From Bugula neritina (Eukaryota > Animalia > Bryozoa): 64,000 nucleotides of DNA. Where the stretch lies: positions 17,219,875-17,283,874 of the forward strand of contig OZ037768.1 of assembly GCA_964035545.1 (NCBI GenBank), read 5' to 3'. The first letter of the stretch is position 1. Each line of letters starts with the position of its first letter. Below are positions 1-11,800 of the stretch, piece by piece. The notes beneath the pieces were generated by a model, which saw only the letters and a program-made list of their open reading frames with translations, ran no database searches and had not been told where the DNA came from. Made by a program: the position numbers and the translations under genes.

Positions 1-51
1 TCTAAGTGACCATTAAGACTAAGTGATTTCAGTCTTACTTATATATGACAG

Positions 52-2755
52 GTGACTTGCGGGTTTACTTGCTGTCTCGTCGCGAACTCGTTGGCATGAA
101 CACGAAAGAGGCTGAAGACGTGTCGGGCAGCAGTCTCACAAAGATGGCTATGGACATCATAGAAGGCATCCACTACCTCCATACCAGGGAGTATGTTCAC
201 CGAGATATAGCTTGTAGAAACTGCCTCGTTTCTGCCAACAAAACTATTAAGATTGGCGACTTTGGTATGGCCAGGAGAGTCTACGATGACGGCTTGTACT
301 TGTTCACTCGACGAGGTAAGCGCAAGACTAAATAAAGTCATTTTAAATTTGAACAAGATGATATATGAGCACCTTGTGTTGAAGAGTGTTTTCAATATAA
401 TACATAGTAGTATATAGTTATTATTGGTGCTACTTCTCTGTATTCTTGACATGTTGATTTACGCTTTTAATTTCCTTTGAGGCAATTCTTAAGTTGTCTT
501 TAAATTTTCAACTCCTATTAAATCTTGGAAATGGAACTCAATAAGTTTTATATCTTTCTTTTCCTTTCCTTTACCCATAACATGGGTTGTCTACTCATTG
601 GTACATAGTTGATTACTATCACCATCTAGTGTGTATCACCTCACTGGAGTGTTTATCACCTGGTATTAACTAATATAAATTGTGTGTCTTTGCAGGTAAA
701 CTACCTGTTCGGTGGATGGCCCCCGAGAGCTTTGTTGAAGGTGTTTTCACTTATAAGACAGATATATGGAGTCTGGGGGTTTTGCTGTATGAGATTGTGA
801 CATTCGGCAGCACCCCCTACCAGATGCTGACTAATGGAGAGGTGTACGAGAGAGTCAAAAGTGGAGGGACTCTGAACCTGCCAGAGGAGTGTACAGATGA
901 ACTGTGAGTTCTTGTTTATTGTTTCGCTGTAAAAGTTCAAAGTTTAACCTTTCAAGCCAACTCAGTTATTAGGCTGTTTGTTGCAGCTACTATAAATAGC
1001 ATGCAATGAAAGTTAACTACAATTATTAGTTTCGTAATAGTGGTAAATGCAAAGCAACCAGAAACGTCATCTGCAAGATCAGAAATCTCAAATCAATTCA
1101 GCACAAAATTAATTAGCACTTTAGGAACAAAATTGTTTGAGCAAACATCCCTAACACAGTATGTAGATGAAAGGTAATATGGGTAAGAATATTTTAATAC
1201 TGCATAAGTGAAGGGTATCATGGATTCTTTAATATCTATAGTCTAATGCTATCACCAAAATGACGTGTCAGAAATTCACCATTTTTAAGCCAGTAGTTTC
1301 AACATCTACAAATAGCTGTTAACTCAGTAAATATACAGAGGTGAAAACTATTTTCAGGAAGACCCTGCTGTTAGCGTGCTGGCACAAGGAGCCATCTCGT
1401 AGACCGAGTGCCGTGGATGTGTACGCAACCCTGGCTGAGAATGACAACATGATACACCCTCTTCTCGACTGCCCAGTCTACGCTGAAATACAAGACTGTG
1501 ACACCGTAGAGGTGAACATGTCCCTGGCTCCTCTCAAACCATCAACCATTCTGAAGAGACCTTTTCTACGTCAATCCTCATCCGTAATCTCTGTTGATAG
1601 TAAGTGTCTTTCCGAGTCGTATTCAAGTCAACTTTGCACTGGCACCAAGTAAATTGAGTTTCTTTTGTCGCTATGGCAATGAGAATATTAATTTCCTTCT
1701 GTTTTCCGAAAGCAGAAGTTGCAGATATCCTGTTGAAAGACATGTTTGTAGCTTTCTAAGTCAATTATTTTCATATAGATATGTTTGTATTGATGTACAC
1801 TTGAAATACTTATCAGCCCAATTATTTTACAAACTTATTCAACATTTTTATTAATTATTTTAAACATCAAATGGTTATCAGAAGCAGTTGGTGTGCTAAA
1901 CTCTTGATTTCTGATGGTGCCAGCTTTCTGCCATACATCTCTCCAACTCTGATATCAATTGTTCATTTGGGAAAATTATTCTTGAAACTGCTATGTTGTA
2001 ATTCAATGTACTCCCATATTTTAGCTGGAATGTCTACCATGTCACGGTGCAGAAATCAGTCAGATGTACCGCCCTATAAACGTTCCGCCTCTTCCAACAG
2101 ACGAAGATCTTCCCACTCTGTAGTAGACTTGTTCTCCCTCGTTCACCCAAATCTCACCACTCAAGTCTCTTCCCCGTCTCCCACCCTCAGCCCTGACCAA
2201 GGCTCTAGCTTCCAGTTCTCTGGTGACAGTCGGTAAGTCTTGCAAATCCATGGTCTGTCCGTGTACTGGTTCTACAGTACACATGGCAAAACACTGTCTG
2301 GTGGCCATATCTCTGCTCCAACTGCACAGTTTCTGTGGATATTCAGTGATAAAATGCGATTTGATTTTTTAAGATAAATAACTTTTTGTAATGTAAGCCT
2401 TTAATCTTAAATACCAACTCACATGCATTGACACTTTGATGGCTTCTAGTTGGAGGTTGTATTTAAGAATAAATGTAAGCATATAGTTAACTATTTTTTG
2501 AAAAAAAAATTTATTTTGCTCCACCTTGTTTGCAAATCTGGAATTGTTGATTATTTTAGTAGAGTTTTGAGTGAAGCATCACAGCTAGGGGCCGATACTC
2601 GATACAAGCATCTTTCTGGATCACAATCCGTTGACCAGCAAGTCAGGACAGAGAACGCTTATCTGCTGACAACTCGAAGCTGCGCAGAAATTGATGACTC
2701 ATCATACAGCTCTCACACACCACTAGTACATTCTACGGGAGAGACTGTTATATGA
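52..2755 (+). CDS. 3' part of a receptor tyrosine kinase, insulin-receptor-type kinase domain, most similar to Venus kinase receptors (VKR); the 5' part lies outside the window
   Basis: Exons 52-315, 696-903, 1358-1599, 2025-2232 and 2560-2755 join in frame via GT-AG introns. Motifs GDLRVYLLSRR, YVHRDIACRNCLV, IGDFGMAR, LPVRWMAPES and DIWSLGVLLYEIVTFG. HRDIACRNCL with GDLxxYLLxRR and YEIxTFGSxP matches my recollection of invertebrate VKR kinase domains. C-terminus is ...GETVI*. Tyrosine kinase call is near certain; the VKR subfamily call is about 0.7. Confidence 0.9.
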
Positions 2756-2899
2756 CATCATTACTGTACTCCATAGGATAGGCTGTTATATGAATAGATA
2801 GCCTACATGGTCTTTACCTTCCATGGAGTTGATTTTTAAGTTTAACAATAATTTTAGGAATAGAAATACAGCTAAGTCAGGTCACCTCCTTATTGGGTA

Positions 2900-3027
2900 C
2901 TCTGTACATCTACCCTGTACGTATATACCCTGTACATCTACCCTGTACGTCTACCCTGTACATCTACCCTAAATGTCTACCCTGTACGTCTACCCTGTAC
3001 GTCTACCCTGTACGTCTACCCTGTACG
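2900..3027. repeat. 13-bp tandem minisatellite (TCTACCCTGTACR)
   Basis: About 9 imperfect copies are visible downstream of the kinase stop codon. Confidence 0.85.
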
Positions 3028-4384
3028 CAAGGGCTCTGTCTTATTCAATCACGTCATGGTGCTGATGGAATAGTCTTACTATTCTAGCCTTCTGATCACC
3101 TTTTCTGCATGGCTCATATCTGGCTGTATACTACGTGTGTGTATGACTTCTACCTCACCTTGCATTGTTTAGCTGCTCCCATGCAGTCTACTGACTACGC
3201 ATCATATATGGTGTATATAATTATATATTCAAACTGTAAATATTTCAGAAATACTGTAATCAAAAATGCACCAATCACCTAATTTTTATATTATCTTTTC
3301 GTTTACATTCATTTCATACAGATGTCATATGTATATAATGTATATCTATTTTCTGTACTTATACAAAGCAGTTGACGTATGTAATGGTACATGTGCTCTC
3401 AGTCTGTGATAATGTCACAACAGTAACTGATTATTGCTGTTTGAAACTTCAACTGTACTTACATGGTTTTTTAATACAGAATTCTGTATATTTGCTTAGC
3501 AAAATATGAACATCCATTCCTATATTTTATGTGATATTTTTACGGTTTCATTATAAATGTTTGATACACAGTGTAGGGGTCTCCTAGAAGCTATATAATA
3601 TATATGAGAGGTTTTATCAAAAGTTGGCTCAAGGAATTGTGTTTATTTAGATTTTAGATTACTGATTTTAAGAGAATTAATGTTATTTTGTTGATTATTT
3701 TATGATTGTCAGTGAATAAATTTGTCTATGATCACCGAGGGCATTTAGCATCCATACTCTTTATGCAGTGTGCATATATGTTGGTTTTCTGTTTTCTTTG
3801 GCTTAAATATTTTGCCTTCTACTTAGGATACAAGTCATATATGCATTGTACTGCTCAGTGATGGAATAAATTCATTCGTACCAAAATATCCAATGCTTAG
3901 TGATCACTAGTGTTCGACTACAAAGATATAATTTTCTATTTTATTAGTTTGGTTGCCTGACATTGGTTGATTTTACAGAAATCAATTTTAAGCATACAAG
4001 CATGCTAATGTGGATATTCCAGTGCTAAAATATAGATAGCTGAGTAAAACAAATTTAAAATGATCTTTGAAATTGATTCTTAAATTTTCTTGTATTACAG
4101 TTGAAAGCTAAATAAATAATACCCTTGAATATTTCATAATAATTTGGAACGCTATTCTATTTAAAATAGCATACAAGTTAACTTACTGTTAGGATATATT
4201 ATTTTAGTACACCAAGAAAGAATTAAATCATATTCTACATAGCAAAAATAGACACGCAAGAAAAGAAACAATATGATTTGCTATTTATTATAATAATTTT
4301 TTTTCAGATTTTTCATCCAGATACATGCAAATGTAAACTACAGTATTGTTGGCTATGTTTTATATTAACGGGCCTCTCAAGTAG

Positions 4385-6689
4385 CTAATGCTTCATTAGT
4401 TGCTTTCTCTTTCTGTTGTATTCCCAATAAATGTTAAATTTACTGCCAATAATGGCAATTGGCAAAGCTGTTAGCAGAATCCCCGATAGGGCACACAAAA
4501 CTCCAACAAAGTATCCACCAACTGTAGAAGGATAGAAGTCTCCGTATCCAACTGTCGTCATGGTGACGATCGCCCACCAGTATCCTTACAATGGTATGAT
4601 AAAAATGTTGCATAACATAAAATACAAAACTAAAAAATATTTGCAGTACCTTCAGACAAAAGACACAACAATTTATAGTTATTAAAATAGTTTTATAAGT
4701 TTATCTAGGTCTATGTTTAAAATTCAATAAAAACTAAAAAATGATATTTACATTTGCAGCAGTTTACTTTTCACAAAACAAAGTCATCTGCATCTGGCAC
4801 TTTACAATTACAGGTACAAGTATATGGCAATGTAAATGATATCACATAATAGCTTTGCGACACACATGTTTGACCCAACTCACTCTCATTAAAGAGATGT
4901 TTAGACTCCAAACATGTGAAGAACCAAAATACTGTCCCAACTCTTTACCATGATAGTGTTTTCATCGTAATAAATGTACAATTAACTTCAAAGTAACCAT
5001 CTTCACAGTCGGAGAACTGCTTACAGATGACAAAAATTCTGTACAGGAACTAGTTGCAAAAAATTTCCTTTAAGTAAAGACTGATTTTCAGCAGACAACT
5101 TTTGCATGAAAAGTTGTCTGTTCCTTAACTAAGAAATTTGTTGCATTCGAATCAACTTGAAATTTTGATTCAATCATTAATAAACTGAAGCTAAATTATA
5201 TAAAACTTTTGTCCCGATTGGGATTCGGACCTGAGACCTTCGATTTGCAAGCAGGCAAGCTACTATTACAATACAGGGGCTACTGGGTAAACTCAACACT
5301 GCACTAAAAAAACTTGCAACATTACGCAATGTATTGATAACTTAAGACAAAAGCAATGAGTTGTACAAACACTACGGTATGTTATTCAAAACAAAAGAAC
5401 TTTTACTGTCACATTGATTATGCATCCCAGAAGAATATACTATAAACAGAGATCACATTACCGTAGTTTACATCAGGAATGCCAACATCAAACCAGGAAG
5501 CCAGCTCAGCATATGAAATCAAAATGGCAAATATGAACATCGCAATGATTAGATGTAAGACCAGAATGAGCAGTTCCTTGATGCTCGCCTTCAGAGTCAA
5601 GACAATCACCATCAGCCCATCTACTACACTGGCATACTAAAATTATATATAATATAATATGTGTGTGTGTTATTTATTTAGTATACCCAAAAAAATGTTA
5701 AATATTTAAATTGACTTTATATTAACAATTACCTGAAAGATCTTTAAAATCCTCAAGACTTGTACAGACTTCAACACTGGTAAGACGATGTACAGATTTG
5801 ACTCATGTCGTTCAAGATATAATTCTTCTCTTGGACTGACGAACTGAATAGTAAAAAAACTACAAGCATTTAGTCCAGCTATTATGTCAATCCATGTCAA
5901 CAGAGACTTGAAGTATGCCTTGCCAGGACAAACAAGCAGACGTAGAACAGTTTCTGCAATGAATAATGACATCAGGAATCTTTCTACAGAAAGTATCCAG
6001 GGGAGAGGTTGACTCCCAATATAGCAGACTATTTTCTGCCTGCTGGCACATCCTGTTTGAAAGTAGGCATCCTCCAGGCTATGGGGGTCGTATTGCTCCA
6101 GATGGCTGTTGTTCAATGGTGTTCTGAAGAACATACTAGACTCTAGCCCATATACCACCAGGTAGAGTACAATTAATACGATGGAACACGCAGCATATGC
6201 AATGGAGAGCTTTGGAAAAGGTGTGTGCGGTCCAAATGGGTCTGTGAGAAAACACCAGAGTTTATATCTGAAAACCATCAGACTGTTAGACCCTGGAGGA
6301 GGTGGTGGTGCCCTGTTTTCCAGCCACTGAAACTCTGCTTCCAAATGTGATTCTTCATCATCTTGAACTCCTTTGATATCTTCTTTTGGAACATTCCAGA
6401 AGTTTATTTCTTCTATCACCAGGTCTTTGTCATATCCAGATGGTACATTCAGCACATTGTATCTGAGAATATTCAGGGCTGCATTGAATAATGCAGGATC
6501 TCTATCAAAATAGAATGCATTGAGCTCTTCAATCCAATGATCTGCTAGTAAATGTGGAGAAGCAAACTTGCTGTGTGGGTAACTTTTTATCAGCTGATTA
6601 GAAACAATAAACTTCTGACCCGAAATGTTGAAATTGATGAGCTCTGATGTAGATTTCTTGGTATTACTTATTGTCTTTACATTCGACAT
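4385..6689 (-). CDS. Voltage-gated K+ channel family subunit, Shaw/Kv3-like and divergent (paralog A)
   Basis: Coding exons 6689-5733 (T1 domain FYFDRDP, S1-S4), 5636-5462 (S5) and 4584-4385 ([18 protein letters not shown] pore, S6, stop TAG). The last exon is absent from the ORF track. A splice acceptor at 6711-6712 lies just upstream of the ATG. Confidence 0.9.
5211..5283 (-). mobile_element. Degenerate tRNA-like sequence (tRNA pseudogene or head of a second SINE family)
   Basis: The minus strand has a B-box-like GGTCCGAATCCC and an anticodon-arm-like CTTGCAA; the stems pair poorly. Confidence 0.35.
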
Positions 6690-8039
6690 CTTTAAACCTT
6701 GTGACTTGACCTGAAAAAGTGAAATAAAATTGTTGAAGAATGGTTTTAAAAGCTGCATATGCAAACTCAGTTGTGTGAAACTATGGTAATTTGCAAAAAT
6801 TACTTTGGTTTACTGATTATACTGGTAATGAGAATTAATTATCAATTTGCTTATTGAGAATTTGATCATGTCTCTCATGTCTGCACAGCCCTTTCAAAAT
6901 ACTATTTATTAATAAAAACACTGACGGAAAATATAATTATTAATAATAAAATCATTAAAGAAATTATATCATTATGCTCCCATGCAACCGAAAATCTATC
7001 TGTACGAGCATCCATCTGGATCCACTCAAACTATAGGATTGTAGTGATTATAATGTTTATTTTCAATATAAGTCTAACATAAAAGTTTACTAAGGTAAGA
7101 AGCACTAAGCAGGGCTTTTCAATTCCCGTGTGTAGTTTATTTTCTTTTGCAATATTTCAATTTATTTATTATATCACTTTTCTATGAATTGTTTTAAAAT
7201 AGATCTAATACAAAAGAATGAAGCCTGGCTTTTTGTTTTTCATCAAATTTATTCGCAGCAAGAAAACTCTTTGCTCATTAATTCTGCACGGAATCAATAA
7301 GTCACAACTACTGACCATATCTCTAACCCAATTAAGTATTTAATAGATTATATTAATAATATAGTATATTCATTAGTTTTTAGAAAAGTTACGTCAGCTT
7401 TAAGAATTATCTGCGTCTGCAGATTCATTTGATATGCGCTCTATTTCATATGCACTTCGTATCTATTGCTTCAAGAAAATTAAAGTAACAAATCAATCCA
7501 TAACAGAATTATAACAAAACATACCTGTAAAGCTGTATATCTGTAAATACAGAATTTTATAGGTTCTGTTAGAATTCTCGTATGGGTGGATATTAAGCAC
7601 AGATTCTGACTTGTAACATGACACTCCCTATGAAGTTGGTTAAGCTGACTGCTTTATAGAGGTTGTTGATATCTCCATCTATTAATAAATTGAGTGAAGT
7701 ATACTAACAATTGAAGTGCTATCAATTACCAATGAGTTTATAAGAGGTTTGCTGTCAGCTTTTTGTGAAACTGTGAACAGCTTTATTCAAGGCATTATAT
7801 GCTTCATTTTGTAAATAGGAAATATATGCTAAAAATATTTGAAAATATAAGCAATTTGTGGTTTCAGTTACAATATTATTGATCACATTGGTAACATATG
7901 ACAACTAATATTACATAAGTATGAAATTTTCTGCAGGTTTTGAATTAGCTCGATTTATTCAAATTTAAAACATCAACAGTTTTGTCAATACTGGAATACA
8001 CTTCATAAAATAGTAACATGTGTATAATGCATGTAATAG

Positions 8040-8255
8040 GGAGTAGCCGTGGTCTAGGGGTTAGAGCATTTGCTAAGTAAGCACGAAGTCATGGGTTCTT
8101 GCCGCGGCAAAGGCCATTGGTGATGTTAGAAAGAGCATCCAGTCATAATTACTCTTGTGTCTCATTTAAATAAGTCCTTAGCCCGATTTAACAAAAACCC
8201 TTTGCATCAGAGGTTTTATCACTAGGATGGTGACTATAAACTTGCTTGAGTTTTT
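8040..8255 (+). mobile_element. tRNA-derived SINE (about 210 bp), copy 1
   Basis: A-box-like TAGCCGTGGTCTAGGGGTTAGAGC, B-box-like GGTTC, conserved core GGTGATGTTAGRAAGAGCATCCAGTCATAA and T-rich end. Six related copies occur in the window. Confidence 0.8.
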
Positions 8256-8895
8256 ATAATGCATGTAGTGCTTAGCTACACGGTAACTAAACCCAAGTAT
8301 GAATAAGAAATTTATCTACTTTAACTAAAGTGAAATAGATTTTTATGTATTGGTGAATGATTACATAGTTCAACAAGCAGTAATGTTACAATGCGAAGTA
8401 CATACACTACATTTCCATGCTTTTCATCACCATTTCTCATTCAGTGTTTAGAAACAGTTGCATGAAATATAGCCACAACCATATGTTCATCCATACAAGC
8501 ATTCATTCCCATAATGCTAAGTTATGAAAAACTAATGATATTGTATATTTGTATGTGGTTCTTAACCATACATTATATAGACTTATTGTATTTAAAATTT
8601 GCTTCAACATGCAATAAGTTTACAATGTGGTTATATAGTAGGCTGACAAAAAGTGAATATTATTTGAAATAACATACTAGGAGAGAAACAGGATAAAAAA
8701 GAAAATTCAGAATCACAGACTTTTTAATATATCAAACACTGAAGAAGAGGAAAAGCTATAGCTTAACATAAGAACTTTATAATATTATCTAGCTTAAACG
8801 TCTAAGCTTGCATATCAAAAGTTTATTTTTCCTGTAGTTGTTGAAAGTATTCAATTTTTCTATACAACTTATAAATTTATAAAAGGCATCTCTCC

Positions 8896-11800
8896 TTATA
8901 GCTGCAAATACTCAATATCAAGTTGTACATTCTCATGGCTGTCATGTATCTCTCTGTCCTCTTTCTCTCTCTCACTCTCTCGCTTTAGTGCTGCCATCAG
9001 TAATTGTCTTCTCCTCTTATTATGCTCCCAGTAGACATTAAAGTTGCTTCCAATAACAGCTACTGGTAGAGCAGTGAGAATTATTCCAGTGAGGGAGCAC
9101 ATAACTCCAATAATATAACCAACAACTGTAGTAGGATAGAAGTCGCCATATCCAACTGTTGTCATGGTGATAATTGCCCACCAGTATCCTGAAACAATCA
9201 GACACTCTTACAATTTGCAAGACATATTCAATTATATCTGATTATTCAGTTCATTTGTTTTTTGTTAAAACCAAAAGACGAGTCTGAGAAAGAAATCAGA
9301 CCAAAAGCTGCATGCATGCAGCTTTTTGAGACACTGGGATGTTTAGTGTTAGATCTAGCCTATATAGTCTGTCTTCTCAACATGGCTGGAGTTGCATGTG
9401 CTCTACAACTGAGGGTCAAAAGTTTTATTCAATATTTCAGTATAGATTTAAACTGAAGCTCTTATATTGCAAGAAATCCTCAAAACAATTAGTTTTATGG
9501 TAGTTAAAGTTTAAATTAAACTGGGTTATTTTAAAAATGCATGTTTCACTTGTAAAAGTAAACACAAATGTGAAAAATCTTTAACCAATGTCAAGTTTAG
9601 ATTACATACAGGTTGATAACTTATACTATAATAGGCTTCTGTTAAAATTATTCACTTTATAATGTGGTATGCATGCAAATATTATACTTGGATATTAGAA
9701 AACTATTGTAATAATATTACACAACTTTTATGGCTATAGCTAATGAATGCTATTACCAATTCCCCTTCATTATTAGACATTAGAGAAAAGCTGTGGTCTA
9801 GGGGTTAGAGCGGTTGCCTAGTAAACCCGAAGTCATGGATTCGAGCCCTGACAAAGGCCATTGGTGATGCTATGTATTGAACTAGCCTTGTCAATACACC
9901 ACATAGATGCATATTATGACATACCACATTTTATGTGCTCGGTTACTTTTTATTCTAATGTCTATTTGTTTAAACTCATTATATACAGTTTTTGCCATAT
10001 CAATATACAAGCCAGTTGTTATTCTGTCACTGTTTATCTACATGTATTTTTATGTCAGTTACTTGTTAGCTTCAATACAATACAGTCATACATTCTACTC
10101 TACAGCCAATCTTACTTATACGTGCTTAATCTTACTGTTTACTCTTGTTTAACATAAATAACAAGAACACAACAACTGGTGTCAGAACTGGGATAAATAC
10201 AACCACATCATTTTGAAATGGAGGAAGTTATAAAACAACTTGTAACAATAATGCAGCAACAACAGCAGCAGCAGATGGAGCAATTCGCTCAAATACTGGG
10301 ACAATTTACTACAGCTGTAAAGCCTGGTGAACCTGCACAAAATAAATCTGTAACTGTGCCTAGATTCGACTCTTATGACAGAGACAAGGAATCATGGACT
10401 CAGTATTTACAGCGGCTCAATCAACACTTTACTGTTTACAACGTAAGTGACAGTGAACAAAAACGAGCTTGCTTACTTTCATGGATTGGCTCAGAATGTT
10501 ATGAATTGCTAACAAAACTGTATGGCTCGGAGGACATAACTACCATGTCGTTCGATAATCTAGCAGGTAAGCTTAGCACACATTTTATTGAAACAAAACA
10601 TGTGCAAGCAGCTAGATATCAGTTTTATAACTGTAAAATGAAACCTAACCAGTCATACTCAGATTGGGCAGCTGATTTACGGGGTTTAGCTCGTAACTGC
10701 AATTTTACCTGTAAAAAGGAAGACTGTGGTGAAAGTTATGTTGATGATCAAATTCGTGACATAATTATTAAAGAAACTCCACATGCTGATGTACGTAGAC
10801 AATGCTTATTGGATCCAGATCCTACACTGGAAAATGTGTTAAAGAAGGCAGCTACATACATTCAAACAGCAGAAACTGATAAAGTTTTGAAGGGTGAGAC
10901 CTCTACACCTGTTACCACAAATCAAATGTCCTCAACATACAAACGTCAAAACAAAGGTAGTCAGGGCAAGAGACCACAATTTCACAAGTCTGAAAACCAG
11001 ACTGCTATGCCAACACAGCCTTCCAAGTTGAAATCGTGTCCACAATGTTACATTAGCCACGATCGTAAACAATGTCCTCATCGTAACAAACAATGTAAGC
11101 TGTGCAACAAAACAGGACATATTTCTAGCGTCTGCAAAACTTCATCAAAATCAAGTGGGAACAACTCTCACTTCGTAGAAGAATCTTCAAGTAGTGTTTA
11201 CAATATATATGAACGCAAGGGGAAACAAATATGGATTAACACTACTGTGAACAACAAACAAACACAATTTCAGTGGGACACAGGCGCTACTTGTTCTATG
11301 GTAGGGAACAAAGGCTACGAAGCCCTAGGCTCTCCACCATATCAACAGACAGACACGACCCTTCATTCATATGGAAATACCGCTATGCAGGTACGTGGTG
11401 AATGCTATGTAACAGTAACCATTGGTCAGACTACAAAAAACAATCTTCGATTATTAATAGTAGACTCAGATGAAGGTGTCAACTTACTGGGTGTAGACTG
11501 GAGTGACAGTTTTGGACTATCACAACAGGGTCTATCTGCTGTAGACAGTGACACCGAGGTTACTAACGCGGTACACAATGTTGATACCAAGGTCAAAGTT
11601 CTCACAACAAAATATCCCGATGTTTTCAAACCTGGAATAGGACATTGTAAAACATTCAAAGTACCAATTTACCTCAAATCAGAACAGAAACCTTGTTTTT
11701 CTAAACCTAGAGAAATCCCCTATTCTCAACATGAGGCCACTAGGGCTGAATTGAACAGGCTTGAAGCTGAAGGTGTCATACAACGTATTAACTTCAGTAA

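Noticed and set aside
1600-1652. Kinase ending at the ORF-track stop at 1652
   Set aside because: A strong GTAAGT donor at 1600 joins in frame to two further exons, so read-through to 1652 is probably intronic.
8040-8115. SINE heads as real tRNA genes
   Set aside because: No complete cloverleaf, the copies diverge from each other, and all continue into a shared non-tRNA body.
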